A DNA stretch of 32,626 nucleotides from a virus (lineage: Duplodnaviria > Heunggongvirae > Uroviricota > Caudoviricetes). Shown one piece after another: positions 9,305 through 18,845 of this stretch. The notes beneath the pieces were generated by a model. That model worked only from the letters and a program-made list of their open reading frames with translations, did not search any database and had not been told where the DNA came from. Numbering within the stretch: the stretch's first letter is position 1; every line of letters starts with the position of its first letter. The stretch lies in IMG/VR virus record IMGVR_UViG_2778261384_000002; one strand, written 5' to 3'. The translations under genes and the position numbers were made by a program.

Positions 9305-11715
9305 CCCGCCGACATCTCCGCCATTTCCGCTATTTGCTGGGCGTCCTGCGCCTGCTGCACATACACATTGACGTTACCCACGCTGCGGCTGTTGTTTATA
9401 TTGGTCGTGCTTTTTGTTGTTTTACTGCTGACGCTGGCTACACCCGGATCAAGGACACCACCACGTAATACACCTGGGCTAGCAGGAGGCGGCGGCGGTG
9501 CAGTAGGGGAAACAGACGCAGGAACAACACCCGGAACCATCACAGACGCAGGCAATACAGCACCAGGAACCGGCGCAACAGCAGCGGATGACGTCGCAAC
9601 ACCAGGCGGCAGCATTACGCCCGGCGCTGGGGATGGGGCGGGCAATATTGCCCCCGGAACTATCGCAGCAGATGCTACGGGCGCAGGTACTCCAGCCGGG
9701 ACGGCGTCGGCCCCTTTTAATTCAATATCGACACCAGGCAATTTATTTAGCTGTTCAACAATACCGTTATATACGCCGTAAAATTGCTGGGCGATCGAAT
9801 CCCACAAACCGGAAAACATCTGCCCGACCGATTCAACGCCCGATTTAAACGAATCAGCAAACGAGAATTCAGAAAATGCAGTACATACGCTGTTCCAGCC
9901 CGCAACAACAGCGGGCCACGCCTGGATCAGCCAGTTCACAGCACTAATTAACAGATTGATTGGCATCAGGATCACGTCAAATGCAGCAGCAACGACAGAA
10001 CCGGCTGTACTGCCAGCATCAGAAAAAGTCGCCAGTTCATTTTCGGTATACTGAATTGGCGTCAGCAAATCACTAAACCAGCCGCACAGGCTTTTAATGC
10101 CATTCCATAACCAACTAACCACAGAACAAACCGCAGAAAATACCGGCCCCAACGCCGCCAGAACGTTCTGCAAAACCTGCGACTTTTGCGCCGCCTGCGC
10201 GAATCCAGTAACAAAACCGCTGAAAAATGCTTTAATTGGATTCCAGAATTTCACGACGGCAACCACGACAGCGCCGATCGCTAAAGCGATTAACGCAACC
10301 ACCCCCCAGATCGGGGCGGAAATGGCCGCAAGACTCCCACCAAAAGACAGCAAAGACATGCGCGCAGCCACCAGAGCGGTACGAAACAGCCTTGTGACAC
10401 CCGTTAACCGCAGGATGGACGCTGCACCACTGCTTAACGCTTTGAACATCGGCGTAATACCGGTGAAGATCCCCGCCAATTTAACGCCGGAATATGCCAT
10501 TTTAAGGCCACCGATCATCACGGAAAATGCTGCACCCGCCGCCGTTGCGCCAATAATTGACGCGGTAACAATTCCGATCCAGCGCGTAATATTCGGGAAT
10601 TTATTCAGCCAGGCGACAGCCGACTGGGCGACCTTTGTCATTTTTATCAGTAGCGGTTCCAAAACCGGCAACAACGCAGACCCCACAGCAATTTTTACCG
10701 CCGTAATACCTGCGGCGGCGCGCTCCCACGGATCGGCAACCGTGGCGGCGGCGCGTTTTACGTCGTCCAGCCCGTCGATCGCGTCAATCTCGCTGATACT
10801 GCGTTTCAGCCCGTCCGTATCACTGATCAGCAACTTGATCAGGGAAACCGCTTCATCACTGCCAAACGCTTTTTTCAGCAGGTCAGAATCCGCTACTTTG
10901 CTGATGTTCCCGAACCGCTTATGCAGCATGTCGAGAATTGCAGGCATTGACTTCATTTGCCCGGTGGCATCGGTAAACGACATTTTCAGCGTTTTCTGGG
11001 CGTTCCCTACCCCCGCCAGAAACGCTTTATATTTTGTACCGGCTTCACTGCCTGACATTGTTGACTGCAACTGACCCAGGATCGCGAATTGTTCCGCACT
11101 GCTGCGGCCTGCTGTCTGCGCAGCGGCCCCAAGTGACGTAAACGCCTGCGACATTGATTCACCGTCAGATTTAAACAGGTTGGCCGCATAGGCGGTTTGC
11201 CCGCCGATTTTCTCAGCCCATTTGATTTTCCCCATGCCGTCAGCAGTCTGTTTAAAGATGCCGTACATGGTCCCCATGTAGTTTGTGATCGTCTGCGTAT
11301 CGGCCTTTGTCGCCTTTGCAACAACCGCTGACGTGGTTGTGAATCCGGTCAATTCATCAGCAGACAATCCAGAAATTGCGGACTGAATATCGTAAGACGC
11401 GCTGACGATCTCCGCCGCGCTGCCGCCGTACTGCATACTGAATTGAAGCGCCGCGTTTTTAAGCTGCTTTAATCCCGTTTCGGTTACGTCCAGCGCCTTT
11501 ACAGAGTCCAGCGCGCGGCGCATTTCGATCGCCGGTTCCAGCCCGCCTTTTAATGCCTGGCCTGCGGCCCACATTGCCGCCGTTCCCATTGCAACCTGCT
11601 GCGCGCCGCTTTTTGCCGTCTGGCCCAGTGCGCTGACCTGCTGACGAATACCGCGCAGTGGGGCGCTTGCGCGGTCAATCAGAGAAATAATATAAGTCAG
11701 CGATTCACTAGCCAT
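9301..11715 (-). CDS. Tail tape measure protein
   Basis: 804 aa; alpha-helical N-terminal two thirds, multiple hydrophobic segments in the middle, Pro/Ala/Val-rich C-terminus; preceded by a frameshift-type chaperone gene. Confidence 0.85.
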   Translation of the reverse strand: MASESLTYIISLIDRASAPLRGIRQQVSALGQTAKSGAQQVAMGTAAMWAAGQALKGGLEPAIEMRRALDSVKALDVTETGLKQLKNAALQFSMQYGGSAAEIVSASYDIQSAISGLSADELTGFTTTSAVVAKATKADTQTITNYMGTMYGIFKQTADGMGKIKWAEKIGGQTAYAANLFKSDGESMSQAFTSLGAAAQTAGRSSAEQFAILGQLQSTMSGSEAGTKYKAFLAGVGNAQKTLKMSFTDATGQMKSMPAILDMLHKRFGNISKVADSDLLKKAFGSDEAVSLIKLLISDTDGLKRSISEIDAIDGLDDVKRAAATVADPWERAAAGITAVKIAVGSALLPVLEPLLIKMTKVAQSAVAWLNKFPNITRWIGIVTASIIGATAAGAAFSVMIGGLKMAYSGVKLAGIFTGITPMFKALSSGAASILRLTGVTRLFRTALVAARMSLLSFGGSLAAISAPIWGVVALIALAIGAVVVAVVKFWNPIKAFFSGFVTGFAQAAQKSQVLQNVLAALGPVFSAVCSVVSWLWNGIKSLCGWFSDLLTPIQYTENELATFSDAGSTAGSVVAAAFDVILMPINLLISAVNWLIQAWPAVVAGWNSVCTAFSEFSFADSFKSGVESVGQMFSGLWDSIAQQFYGVYNGIVEQLNKLPGVDIELKGADAVPAGVPAPVASAAIVPGAILPAPSPAPGVMLPPGVATSSAAVAPVPGAVLPASVMVPGVVPASVSPTAPPPPPASPGVLRGGVLDPGVASVSSKTTKSTTNINNSRSVGNVNVYVQQAQDAQQIAEMAEMSAG

Positions 11716-11718
11716 AAT

Positions 11719-11910
11719 TTATCCAAATAATTTAGCGACGCCATTCGCAACGCCAATACTGAAATTTTCCCAGTAATGGTTATCAAGCCAGACAGCGCGG
11801 GCTAATGTCTGCTCTGAATCATCACCATCAGGCAGATAATAACGGCGCAGGGTTAGCATTTGTTCCAGCCCGTTATTTTCAATAGCCCGCACGCGGGCAG
11901 TTATTTTTTT
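11719..11910 (-). other. Putative programmed -1 ribosomal frameshift site and extension (gpE' analog)
   Basis: Minus-strand heptamer A AAA AAA (plus 11904-11910) sits just before the chaperone stop; the -1 frame is open for 61 codons and ends in TAA 3 nt before the tape measure ATG. Confidence 0.55.
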
Positions 11911-12161
11911 ACAACAATATCCAGTTCCGGCGCGTACTGTTTATTAACAGCCGCCGCGATCTGAATGGCTGCACCTGGCTTTTTCAGGATGCCGTTTAAT
12001 GCGTCCTTACTTTCGCGGGAAACAATGGCGCGCACATATTCAACTGATGGCGTAACTTTGTTATCCATTGCCATTTCATTGATAAAAGAGTTATAGGCGA
12101 CTTCGTTCGGTTCGAAAACAACATCCACACCGGAAATAGTCAGCGTAATAGATTCATCCAT
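11901..12161 (-). CDS. Tail assembly chaperone (P2 gpE-like), short form
   Basis: 86 aa immediately upstream of the tape measure gene; ends ...VVKK* with a slippery A7 run at its last codons. Confidence 0.6.
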   Translation of the reverse strand: MDESITLTISGVDVVFEPNEVAYNSFINEMAMDNKVTPSVEYVRAIVSRESKDALNGILKKPGAAIQIAAAVNKQYAPELDIVVKK

Positions 12162-12210
12162 TTTTATTTATCCAGAATAAAGAAGTTAATATTTTAAAGC
12201 GTTTAAATGG

Positions 12211-12549
12211 TTATTTAACGCCGTTGTGTTCCAGACTGAAATGATTTCCGTCTGGTTTACTGAAACGACCGCCCCACGTCCCGCCGAGCGATTCCCAATA
12301 CTCCCCAAGCAGCAAGTAATCACGACTGTCTGTCTTATATTCGCCTTTGATAAACAGATTAAAATCGACGGCCAGTCGCTGCGTATGCAAACTGTTTTTA
12401 ATGCCGCTGCCTTTTTTGGCATTCAGTGCCGCCTGTTCCGGCGTGCGGTACGCTTCACCAAATGTCAGCCAAAAGCCATTCGCGTTGGCGTACTGGATTA
12501 ATAAAGCGATCATTGATGTAAATCGCTGCTGCTTTTCACTCAGTGTCAT
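12211..12549 (-). CDS. Endolysin, peptidase M15-type (L-alanyl-D-glutamate / VanY-like)
   Basis: Start at internal ATG (MTLSEKQQRF...) with GGGAG Shine-Dalgarno; motifs FGEAYRTPEQ..., HTQRLAVDF and GGRFSKPDGNHF are typical of M15 zinc peptidase endolysins. Confidence 0.7.
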   Translation of the reverse strand: MTLSEKQQRFTSMIALLIQYANANGFWLTFGEAYRTPEQAALNAKKGSGIKNSLHTQRLAVDFNLFIKGEYKTDSRDYLLLGEYWESLGGTWGGRFSKPDGNHFSLEHNGVK

Positions 12550-12838
12550 TTGTCTTGCTCCCGTTCCTGGACTGCGCACGATTACGCAGCCATAGTTCAA
12601 CCGCCTGATAGCCCGCAATACCGAAAGCAGCCCCCAGACCGTTTATTGCAACGGGGTGTAAATCAGGGAACTGAATCAATGCAACACCGGCCACCATCGA
12701 CACCGCAGCGCCTAAAATTACGCGTCCAATAATTAAACGCAGTGTGATCGGTTCAGCGGTATTCAACACCTTACCCAATGCAATTAATGCGCCAATCCCC
12801 GCCAAAGTGAGAACGCTTTTTTCATGCGGTGTTAACAT
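12536..12838 (-). CDS. Putative holin (three predicted transmembrane segments)
   Basis: 100 aa; three hydrophobic stretches and a charged C-terminus (RNRAQSRNGSKTNDTE); 3' end overlaps the endolysin start. Confidence 0.5.
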   Translation of the reverse strand: MLTPHEKSVLTLAGIGALIALGKVLNTAEPITLRLIIGRVILGAAVSMVAGVALIQFPDLHPVAINGLGAAFGIAGYQAVELWLRNRAQSRNGSKTNDTE

Positions 12839-12842
12839 ATAA

Positions 12843-13310
12843 TTACCCGATTAAATCGCGGGTATCTTCATCTGACAGATAAGGAATACCATTAATTTTG
12901 ATAAATTCAGGCGCAGTCACTTTATATTTAATTTTATAAACTGATTTTTCGCCGCCTGCGGTGTCCACGTCCAGCAAACTGTCAATTGCCAGCTTACATC
13001 CAAAAGCCTCGACTTTAATTTTTTCGCTGCCCGCCTTTGCATAAAATAAAATGTCTTCCGGTTCAATTCCGCGATAACTGCCAGCCGATGCCGCCGCATC
13101 ATGGATACGTAAAAAGTTTTTGGTATCCAGTTCCATGTCACCTTCGGCGCTGACGTCGCCGTCAACATAACCATCAGGAATGCCGCGCGTTTTCGCTACG
13201 TCAGAGTTATCAGTAATAGTCAGTGTAATTTTATTTACATGAATCGTGGTATTGAATAACGTAATATCAAACGCCATTCCCGAAATGCGTTTAGAACCCG
13301 ACATAATCAA
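12843..13310 (-). CDS. Tail tube protein (FII-like)
   Basis: About 155 aa directly downstream of the sheath gene, with overlapping stop and start; track start is TTG, an ATG lies two codons in. Confidence 0.55.
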   Translation of the reverse strand: MIMSGSKRISGMAFDITLFNTTIHVNKITLTITDNSDVAKTRGIPDGYVDGDVSAEGDMELDTKNFLRIHDAAASAGSYRGIEPEDILFYAKAGSEKIKVEAFGCKLAIDSLLDVDTAGGEKSVYKIKYKVTAPEFIKINGIPYLSDEDTRDLIG

Positions 13311-14446
13311 GCCTCATTCTGTACAGACAGATCAACCATAATATTTACGCCAATAACCAGCGGGCATTCAGTCGGGCGCGCCTGTACGTAAATATTTACA
13401 TGCGTTGAATCAATCCATGTAATAACAATATCACCCTCTTTTGGTGAATAGACTTCACCGGGGAATGACACGCCGTTAATAGTGGTACTTTTCGCCATCG
13501 TGCGCAGCGGTTTAGCAAACTGCATTTGATGATATTCAACGCTGGACGGCGTGGAATTTAACGAGCGGTTACCAATATTGCGAATAGCCAGTAAACGCAC
13601 CTGGCGCGCCACTTTATCGACAATGCGCAAAATACGGATCGATTGATAGTCGCCTCCTTTTGTCGCCAATAACGGGCCATCATTCCAGTAAATACCCTCA
13701 AAATCCGCATACGTGACCGGAACAGAATAACGCGCAGCGTCCAGCGCCTGCACAATATCCGCTGTTACCGTCTCTCCGTTTTTGTCTTTAGTTGCGTTGC
13801 CAACAGACACGAGCGATCCAGTTAAAACGCGCGCGGGAGTATCTGCAATTGTCACCAGCCGATTACATAAACGTCCAGCAATTACACCTGGCAAATTCTC
13901 ATAAAGACGGGGAACCAGCATAACGCCATCAGCAACTAACCCCGTTTGCCATTGCGTTAAAGCGGCGGAATATTGTTGCCATGTCATGTCACCGCCAACA
14001 GGATTTTTAACGGGTAAAATAAACCATGTCCAACGACCGTATGTCGCGATTAATTCCTGGCGGAGAGCGGCAGCTTCTTTGGCGCTTTTAGTTAGAGAAA
14101 AACCGGACTCTTCTTCATTCCAGTCAGCAAAATCCTCTAACAATACAACGCCCTCAAAACTTCCGTATTTTTGGCATTTTTTAACAGCATCCTGCCACTT
14201 TTCGTCAGAATCCATAAAATAAACCGATGCCGACCAATTTTGCCCCGCATTCATCATGGCGGCGCGAATATCGTCACCCGCTGAACTTGTAATTTTGTCT
14301 AAATCAGTTTGAGTATTTAGCGTGTAAAAACCTGGGGTGTAATTTTCAAGCGGCGCATAGCTGACGAACAATAAATGCCGCTCTATTTCATTTACAGTGC
14401 CCTGCGCCAGATCAATCTGATTAACCTGCACTTGTGGGTAAGTCAT
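13307..14446 (-). CDS. Tail sheath protein (FI-like, DUF2586-type)
   Basis: 379 aa; position upstream of the tube gene and size fit a contractile-tail sheath; ATG overlaps the upstream gene stop. Confidence 0.55.
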   Translation of the reverse strand: MTYPQVQVNQIDLAQGTVNEIERHLLFVSYAPLENYTPGFYTLNTQTDLDKITSSAGDDIRAAMMNAGQNWSASVYFMDSDEKWQDAVKKCQKYGSFEGVVLLEDFADWNEEESGFSLTKSAKEAAALRQELIATYGRWTWFILPVKNPVGGDMTWQQYSAALTQWQTGLVADGVMLVPRLYENLPGVIAGRLCNRLVTIADTPARVLTGSLVSVGNATKDKNGETVTADIVQALDAARYSVPVTYADFEGIYWNDGPLLATKGGDYQSIRILRIVDKVARQVRLLAIRNIGNRSLNSTPSSVEYHQMQFAKPLRTMAKSTTINGVSFPGEVYSPKEGDIVITWIDSTHVNIYVQARPTECPLVIGVNIMVDLSVQNEA

Positions 14447-15075
14447 GGTTTTCTCACCTTTTTTAATTCCTGCGCTAATATCCGCGCGTTATGTTTTGAA
14501 CGGGTATCAAGCCAGGAGCGCGGCGGCGCGGGGATGTCCCATTCTTTTTTCGCGGCTTCTTCTTTCAGAATGCGAATAATCAGCCCCGCCTGCCCCTGCT
14601 TAATGTTCTGCGTAATCCATTTAATTGACGGCGTTTTCTTCTTTTTGCCTTGCTTAACCGTGTAACCCAGCTGCCGCAACTTGACCGCCTGCCCCCTCGT
14701 GACCGGCGCATCATATGCAGGCTGACCGCGCTGGCGCTTGAGCTGCGCAGCCGTCACATGTTCCGGCTTACCGTAGTGATGGCGCGCTGCCATATCGCTA
14801 TGAACGGGGTTTTTCCAGTGCAACTTCACATCATCAGAAGTCGGCGTAATGCTCATTAGCGCAGGAATGCGACGCATCATTTTTTTACTGCCGCGCTGGC
14901 GCTTTTCCCATCCGCGCCCGTCCGGTGTCCGCTGCGCCCTGGCGTTCTGCTGCGCTTCCCGCTTAATCCGCCTGGCGGCATTCTGCAAAACCTGCCGCCG
15001 CTTTGCCGGTGGCAGTTCCAGCGCCGAAAGCCTGATTAGCGCCTCACGCTGGCCGCGCAGGTCGGTTCTAATCAC
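14443..15075 (-). CDS. Tail completion / virion morphogenesis protein, P2 gpS-like
   Basis: Segment RRIKREAQQNARAQRTPDGRGWEKRQRG resembles the gpS-family N-terminal motif as recalled. Track ORF begins with GTG at 15186 inside the upstream gene; GTG at 15075 has a GGGGTGG Shine-Dalgarno and is used here. Confidence 0.5.
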   Translation of the reverse strand: MIRTDLRGQREALIRLSALELPPAKRRQVLQNAARRIKREAQQNARAQRTPDGRGWEKRQRGSKKMMRRIPALMSITPTSDDVKLHWKNPVHSDMAARHHYGKPEHVTAAQLKRQRGQPAYDAPVTRGQAVKLRQLGYTVKQGKKKKTPSIKWITQNIKQGQAGLIIRILKEEAAKKEWDIPAPPRSWLDTRSKHNARILAQELKKVRKP

Positions 15076-15547
15076 CGGCCACCCCAACAGACAGATCGTA
15101 ATGTTCTGCCGTCCAGATCTCCGGCTCAGACAATGACCAGCGCCTGCCGTCCCACTCAATAGCCCCCTGCGCGTCTTCGCGAACACACAGCGGGCAACTG
15201 AATTTAATCGTGATTTCCACGTCGGCGATTTCCTCCGCCGACTCAGCGATCACCAGTGACGGATCGGGCAACTCCAGCTCATCCCGTCGCGTGTCACAAT
15301 CTGCCAGCCAGCCAGTAATCAGGCAGAACAGCAGCGCAGGCGGATAAACACGAAACGGGTAATTTTCAAATGACAGCACCGCGTCAAACTGCAATTGCGC
15401 TATTTCGCTATACAGACCCATGTCGCGCGGGGCGTAAATTAGCGCGGCGTTTTCCATCCATGAATCAAGGCAGGCGGACACCTTCGGCGGCAACTTGCTG
15501 ATCAGATATTCAGTCAACGCATTAAGCTGCGTGCGTGTCGGCGTCAT
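15068..15547 (-). CDS. Tail completion protein, P2 gpR-like
   Basis: 159 aa; ATGA overlap with the gpL stop; hydrophobic/aromatic pattern loosely matches P2 gpR as recalled. Confidence 0.45.
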   Translation of the reverse strand: MTPTRTQLNALTEYLISKLPPKVSACLDSWMENAALIYAPRDMGLYSEIAQLQFDAVLSFENYPFRVYPPALLFCLITGWLADCDTRRDELELPDPSLVIAESAEEIADVEITIKFSCPLCVREDAQGAIEWDGRRWSLSEPEIWTAEHYDLSVGVAGD

Positions 15548-15996
15548 AACAACCTCACCGTGGCGCGGGCATAGCCCATAATCTGGCGGATAACCTGCGC
15601 AGCTTCACCGCGTAAGCCGTCCGCCGTTTCCTGCGATTCCGCGCCGGGGTGCGTTTCACGACGTCCCACGGTGGCAAATTCCGGCATTAAATCGGCTTTC
15701 GCCCTGGCAAAAACAGCCTTTTTGTAAGACTCAGTCAGCGCGTTAGCCCCTTCACACGACGGCCCCGGAACATCTGCCGCAGAGGAATACCCCTGGCCGT
15801 GTTGAATATCGGTCCAGGTATCCAGATCACGGTTTACGCTGTCAATTGCCGCAAGTAGCGCCGCGATAACCGTCGCATTGGCGATACTGGCGGGGATCTG
15901 GCGGCGTTCCTCAAATTCTCCGGCGTTAATATCCGGCCAGAACTCCACGTTTTTGATCACCCGGTCCTGGTAGTTCGCCGTTTTGCCGGAAAACAT
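15544..15996 (-). CDS. Head completion/stabilisation protein, P2 gpL-like
   Basis: 150 aa directly downstream of the gpM-like gene with overlapping stop and start; size and order fit P2 L. Confidence 0.7.
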   Translation of the reverse strand: MFSGKTANYQDRVIKNVEFWPDINAGEFEERRQIPASIANATVIAALLAAIDSVNRDLDTWTDIQHGQGYSSAADVPGPSCEGANALTESYKKAVFARAKADLMPEFATVGRRETHPGAESQETADGLRGEAAQVIRQIMGYARATVRLL

Positions 15997-16808
15997 TAAG
16001 CGCCCTCAGTTTCAGAAGTCGCGGGCTGACCGGCGTCCACGGCGTGATCGGCGTTTTCTTCGCCTACACCCTCAGCCGCGCCCGCGCCGCGTGGCGGAGT
16101 CGTTTCAAGTTTGCGCAGACGTGCCGCGATACGCCCACGCAGGGAAGTAACCCCCGCGTTTTTGTATAGCGTGCCTGCCGCTTCCAGATATAAATCGGCC
16201 TGGCGCAATGCTGCCGGATCATCAAGATTTGCGGGATTAATGCGCCCATCAGCACCGCGCAGGATCAGGAAACCGGCCAGTTTGTAATATTTCGCCGTTA
16301 GCTGTTCGTTGAGCTTCCAGCGCTCAGTCACATTCTTAAAGGTTTGAGAGAAAAACGGCTCAATACTGCGGCCCGCTTCAAACTCAATTTCTGACCAGTC
16401 CAGCACTTCATCAGCCACCGTTCCGGGCAGATTGTTACGGAAACCTTCCGGTGACTCCTGACCCTGCTCGATCGCAATATCAGCCCAGTTCAGCGCCTGT
16501 TCAAACTTTCTGATGTCCATCAGCCAGACAATGCACCAGACGAAAACCGGATTTTGATAGATGTCGCCCGCTTCCAGGTACTTTTCAGCCCACGGCAACC
16601 AGCGCGGCAGCATAACGTCACGCTTCATTTGAAAGCGTTCTGCGTTGCTATGCAGATCGCGCAGCGTCCCGACATCCTGCCGTAACTGCAAAAGCTGCAC
16701 ATACAAACTACTGTCATCCAGACCAACCGCGCGGGGTGCGGCTTCACCGGTCATAACCTGGCGCGCGCGAATGCTTTCGACGTGGCGCTGAAACGGTGTC
16801 AACGGCAT
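15996..16808 (-). CDS. Terminase endonuclease / small subunit, P2 gpM-like
   Basis: 270 aa between capsid gene N and L; conserved P2 head-operon order O-N-M-L. Confidence 0.75.
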   Translation of the reverse strand: MPLTPFQRHVESIRARQVMTGEAAPRAVGLDDSSLYVQLLQLRQDVGTLRDLHSNAERFQMKRDVMLPRWLPWAEKYLEAGDIYQNPVFVWCIVWLMDIRKFEQALNWADIAIEQGQESPEGFRNNLPGTVADEVLDWSEIEFEAGRSIEPFFSQTFKNVTERWKLNEQLTAKYYKLAGFLILRGADGRINPANLDDPAALRQADLYLEAAGTLYKNAGVTSLRGRIAARLRKLETTPPRGAGAAEGVGEENADHAVDAGQPATSETEGA

Positions 16809-16817
16809 AACAAACCC

Positions 16818-17810
16818 TTACTTGATAGTGACTGCGGCTTCATCGATCGCGGCGTACAGCGCGGGAATTTCCAGCGCATAGCCCTGCATACGCCACCAGG
16901 AGGATTCAAACGCCTTACGGTCCCCGACGTGCTTCGCTTCGCGGCGCTGCGTGCCGGTTTGCGTGTAGCAATGCAGGTTTTTAGGGATAGTCACTGCAAT
17001 ACGCTTACCAGGGAAGAAAGGCGGTGTAACGTGGCGACGACCGGCGATAGATTTCAGCATCGGCGTAAACGCGGCTTTTTCGGTCGGCTTATCGGTCTGG
17101 TTTGCCATGCGCTGCTGTTCAGCGGCAATCAGATCAGAACCGGCCAGCACCGTTAATTGTGGATGTTCGCGGAATTGCGCGGGCAGCATCGCGATCACAT
17201 CCAGCGCCGCAGCGTCCAGGGTTAAATAATCCCCGCCAGCGCCGATCGACACGGCTGCGGTGAGAACATGAGAACCGTTGTCGTATTCCTTAGAAATCTG
17301 ATGCCAGCCCTTGTTAACATCTTCGCCGTTCGGGTTCGCCACCGGATCGGTATTTTCGGCAAAACTTTTACCATTAAAGCCGATGCGCAGGATGTCCAGC
17401 GCGAAGGATTCGTTTGCAAACTCAGTGACGAGTTTAAAGAACTCACCAGGCGTCCCGGAATTCGCCCAGACAGCCAAAAGCGCCCACTTCAGGCGCGCGC
17501 AGGAATCCGTTTCGCGCAATTCGTATTCGTTGCCATCAACGCCCAGATCGACACCGAAGCGCCCATCTTTTTTACGTCCAGTTAAAAGTTTAGAAACGCC
17601 AGCTTCAACAACCGCGCCTTTAATCTGGTTAACCGACAGCATAGAAATTTCTTTCAGAAATGCCGTTGAATCCAGCAGTGCTTTACGCAGTTTAATTTCC
17701 TGCGGCTGACTGATAGTGAACATATGCTTTGTGGTGGCGACGCTATACGCTTTCGCAAGCGTCACCGCATATTGGTTAATAAGTTTTTCCGCTTCCGGAG
17801 TAAGAATCAT
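16818..17810 (-). CDS. Major capsid protein, P2 gpN-like
   Basis: 330 aa following the scaffold gene; size and position fit P2 N. Confidence 0.8.
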   Translation of the reverse strand: MILTPEAEKLINQYAVTLAKAYSVATTKHMFTISQPQEIKLRKALLDSTAFLKEISMLSVNQIKGAVVEAGVSKLLTGRKKDGRFGVDLGVDGNEYELRETDSCARLKWALLAVWANSGTPGEFFKLVTEFANESFALDILRIGFNGKSFAENTDPVANPNGEDVNKGWHQISKEYDNGSHVLTAAVSIGAGGDYLTLDAAALDVIAMLPAQFREHPQLTVLAGSDLIAAEQQRMANQTDKPTEKAAFTPMLKSIAGRRHVTPPFFPGKRIAVTIPKNLHCYTQTGTQRREAKHVGDRKAFESSWWRMQGYALEIPALYAAIDEAAVTIK

Positions 17811-17847
17811 TTATTTATTCCTGATGAATAGTAATTATTACCCGGCT

Positions 17848-18693
17848 TTACACCAGATAATCCGGCACGGTCTGCGCGGGTTCGCCGTTCGGCTGTTCCG
17901 TCGTTTCACCAGACAGCGCGGTAAACTTTTGCAGCAACTGATCGACCTTGCCATTAAGTGTGGTGAATTGCTCCACGGTCACGACTTGCGACTGATCACT
18001 TTCCAGACTGTTTTGATTATTTTCAATAACAGTCGTGTTTTGTTTTGCGCTGAATGATTTAATTTCATCTACGGCGGTCCCCATTTTTTCTACAGCGGTA
18101 TTAAACACGCCCATTAATTGCGTGAATTGCTGTTCGTTCATAACGTCTTCTTCCTGATTAATGTCCGGATCGCGCGCGCCCTTTTCAGGTGACTGCGGCG
18201 GACGTGAAAAAATACGGCTGAAAAAAGAATCTTTTTCGGCAACTTCGGTCATCGGTTCACCGCTGCAAAAGCTGATAACATTCGGCGCGCCGGAAAATTC
18301 AAGACGATCGGTCCCCGTACTGGCGGGCAAATCGGTAACAGCAATCCCCGCAAGGTAATGCTTTCCGGTACTGGCGAAATTTTCCAGAATTTCTACGGAT
18401 GGGAATAGCTTTTGCTGATCATCGCGGTTTAACGACATCATCCATTTATTAGGCAGGAAACGCGCGTACAGCTTGATTTTGCCGTTAACCGTTTCACACT
18501 TAACGCTATGAACCGTGCCGAGGTTGTACCATTTTTGATGGCGGTCAACACTTGACGGCCAAATCATAGCGGTATATTCCGCCGCGTTATAAGTTTCCGC
18601 AGCTTCTGTCAGCCATTGTTCTTTTATTTCCCGCCCGTCTACAGTCGGGCCAGCAGTGGCAACGCAAAACCACGCGGTGGGTGTTTGTTTCAT
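17848..18693 (-). CDS. Capsid scaffolding protein, P2 gpO-like
   Basis: 281 aa (P2 gpO about 284 aa); first gene of the minus-strand head operon, divergent from terminase P; acidic coiled-coil C-terminal half. Confidence 0.8.
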   Translation of the reverse strand: MKQTPTAWFCVATAGPTVDGREIKEQWLTEAAETYNAAEYTAMIWPSSVDRHQKWYNLGTVHSVKCETVNGKIKLYARFLPNKWMMSLNRDDQQKLFPSVEILENFASTGKHYLAGIAVTDLPASTGTDRLEFSGAPNVISFCSGEPMTEVAEKDSFFSRIFSRPPQSPEKGARDPDINQEEDVMNEQQFTQLMGVFNTAVEKMGTAVDEIKSFSAKQNTTVIENNQNSLESDQSQVVTVEQFTTLNGKVDQLLQKFTALSGETTEQPNGEPAQTVPDYLV

Positions 18694-18845
18694 AAGTTAC
18701 CCTCATTTCGATAAAGTAAAGTAAAACACCCAGCCGTTTTATTTTCATGCCGTTAATTTCTGACTATTTCGGATATAAACCGTTATCAGAATTAAAGCGA
18801 ATATAGACCGGATACCCAACGTTTTTTAAATGCAAAAATCCCCTT
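18694..18845. promoter_or_regulatory. Divergent late-promoter region between O and P operons
   Basis: 152-bp AT-rich gap between divergently transcribed head operons, equivalent to the P2 P_O/P_P late promoter region. No Ogr-box (TGT-N12-ACA) could be located by eye. Confidence 0.4.

Noticed and set aside
10097-11074. 325-aa plus-strand ORF, with a second at 9368..9781
   Set aside because: Antisense to the tape measure gene in GC-rich sequence; low-complexity Ala/Thr/Pro composition typical of antisense artefacts.
12186-12422. 78-aa ORF embedded out of frame in the endolysin gene, considered as an Rz1-like o-spanin
   Set aside because: No signal peptide or lipobox and not proline-rich; the position fits a spanin but the sequence features do not.
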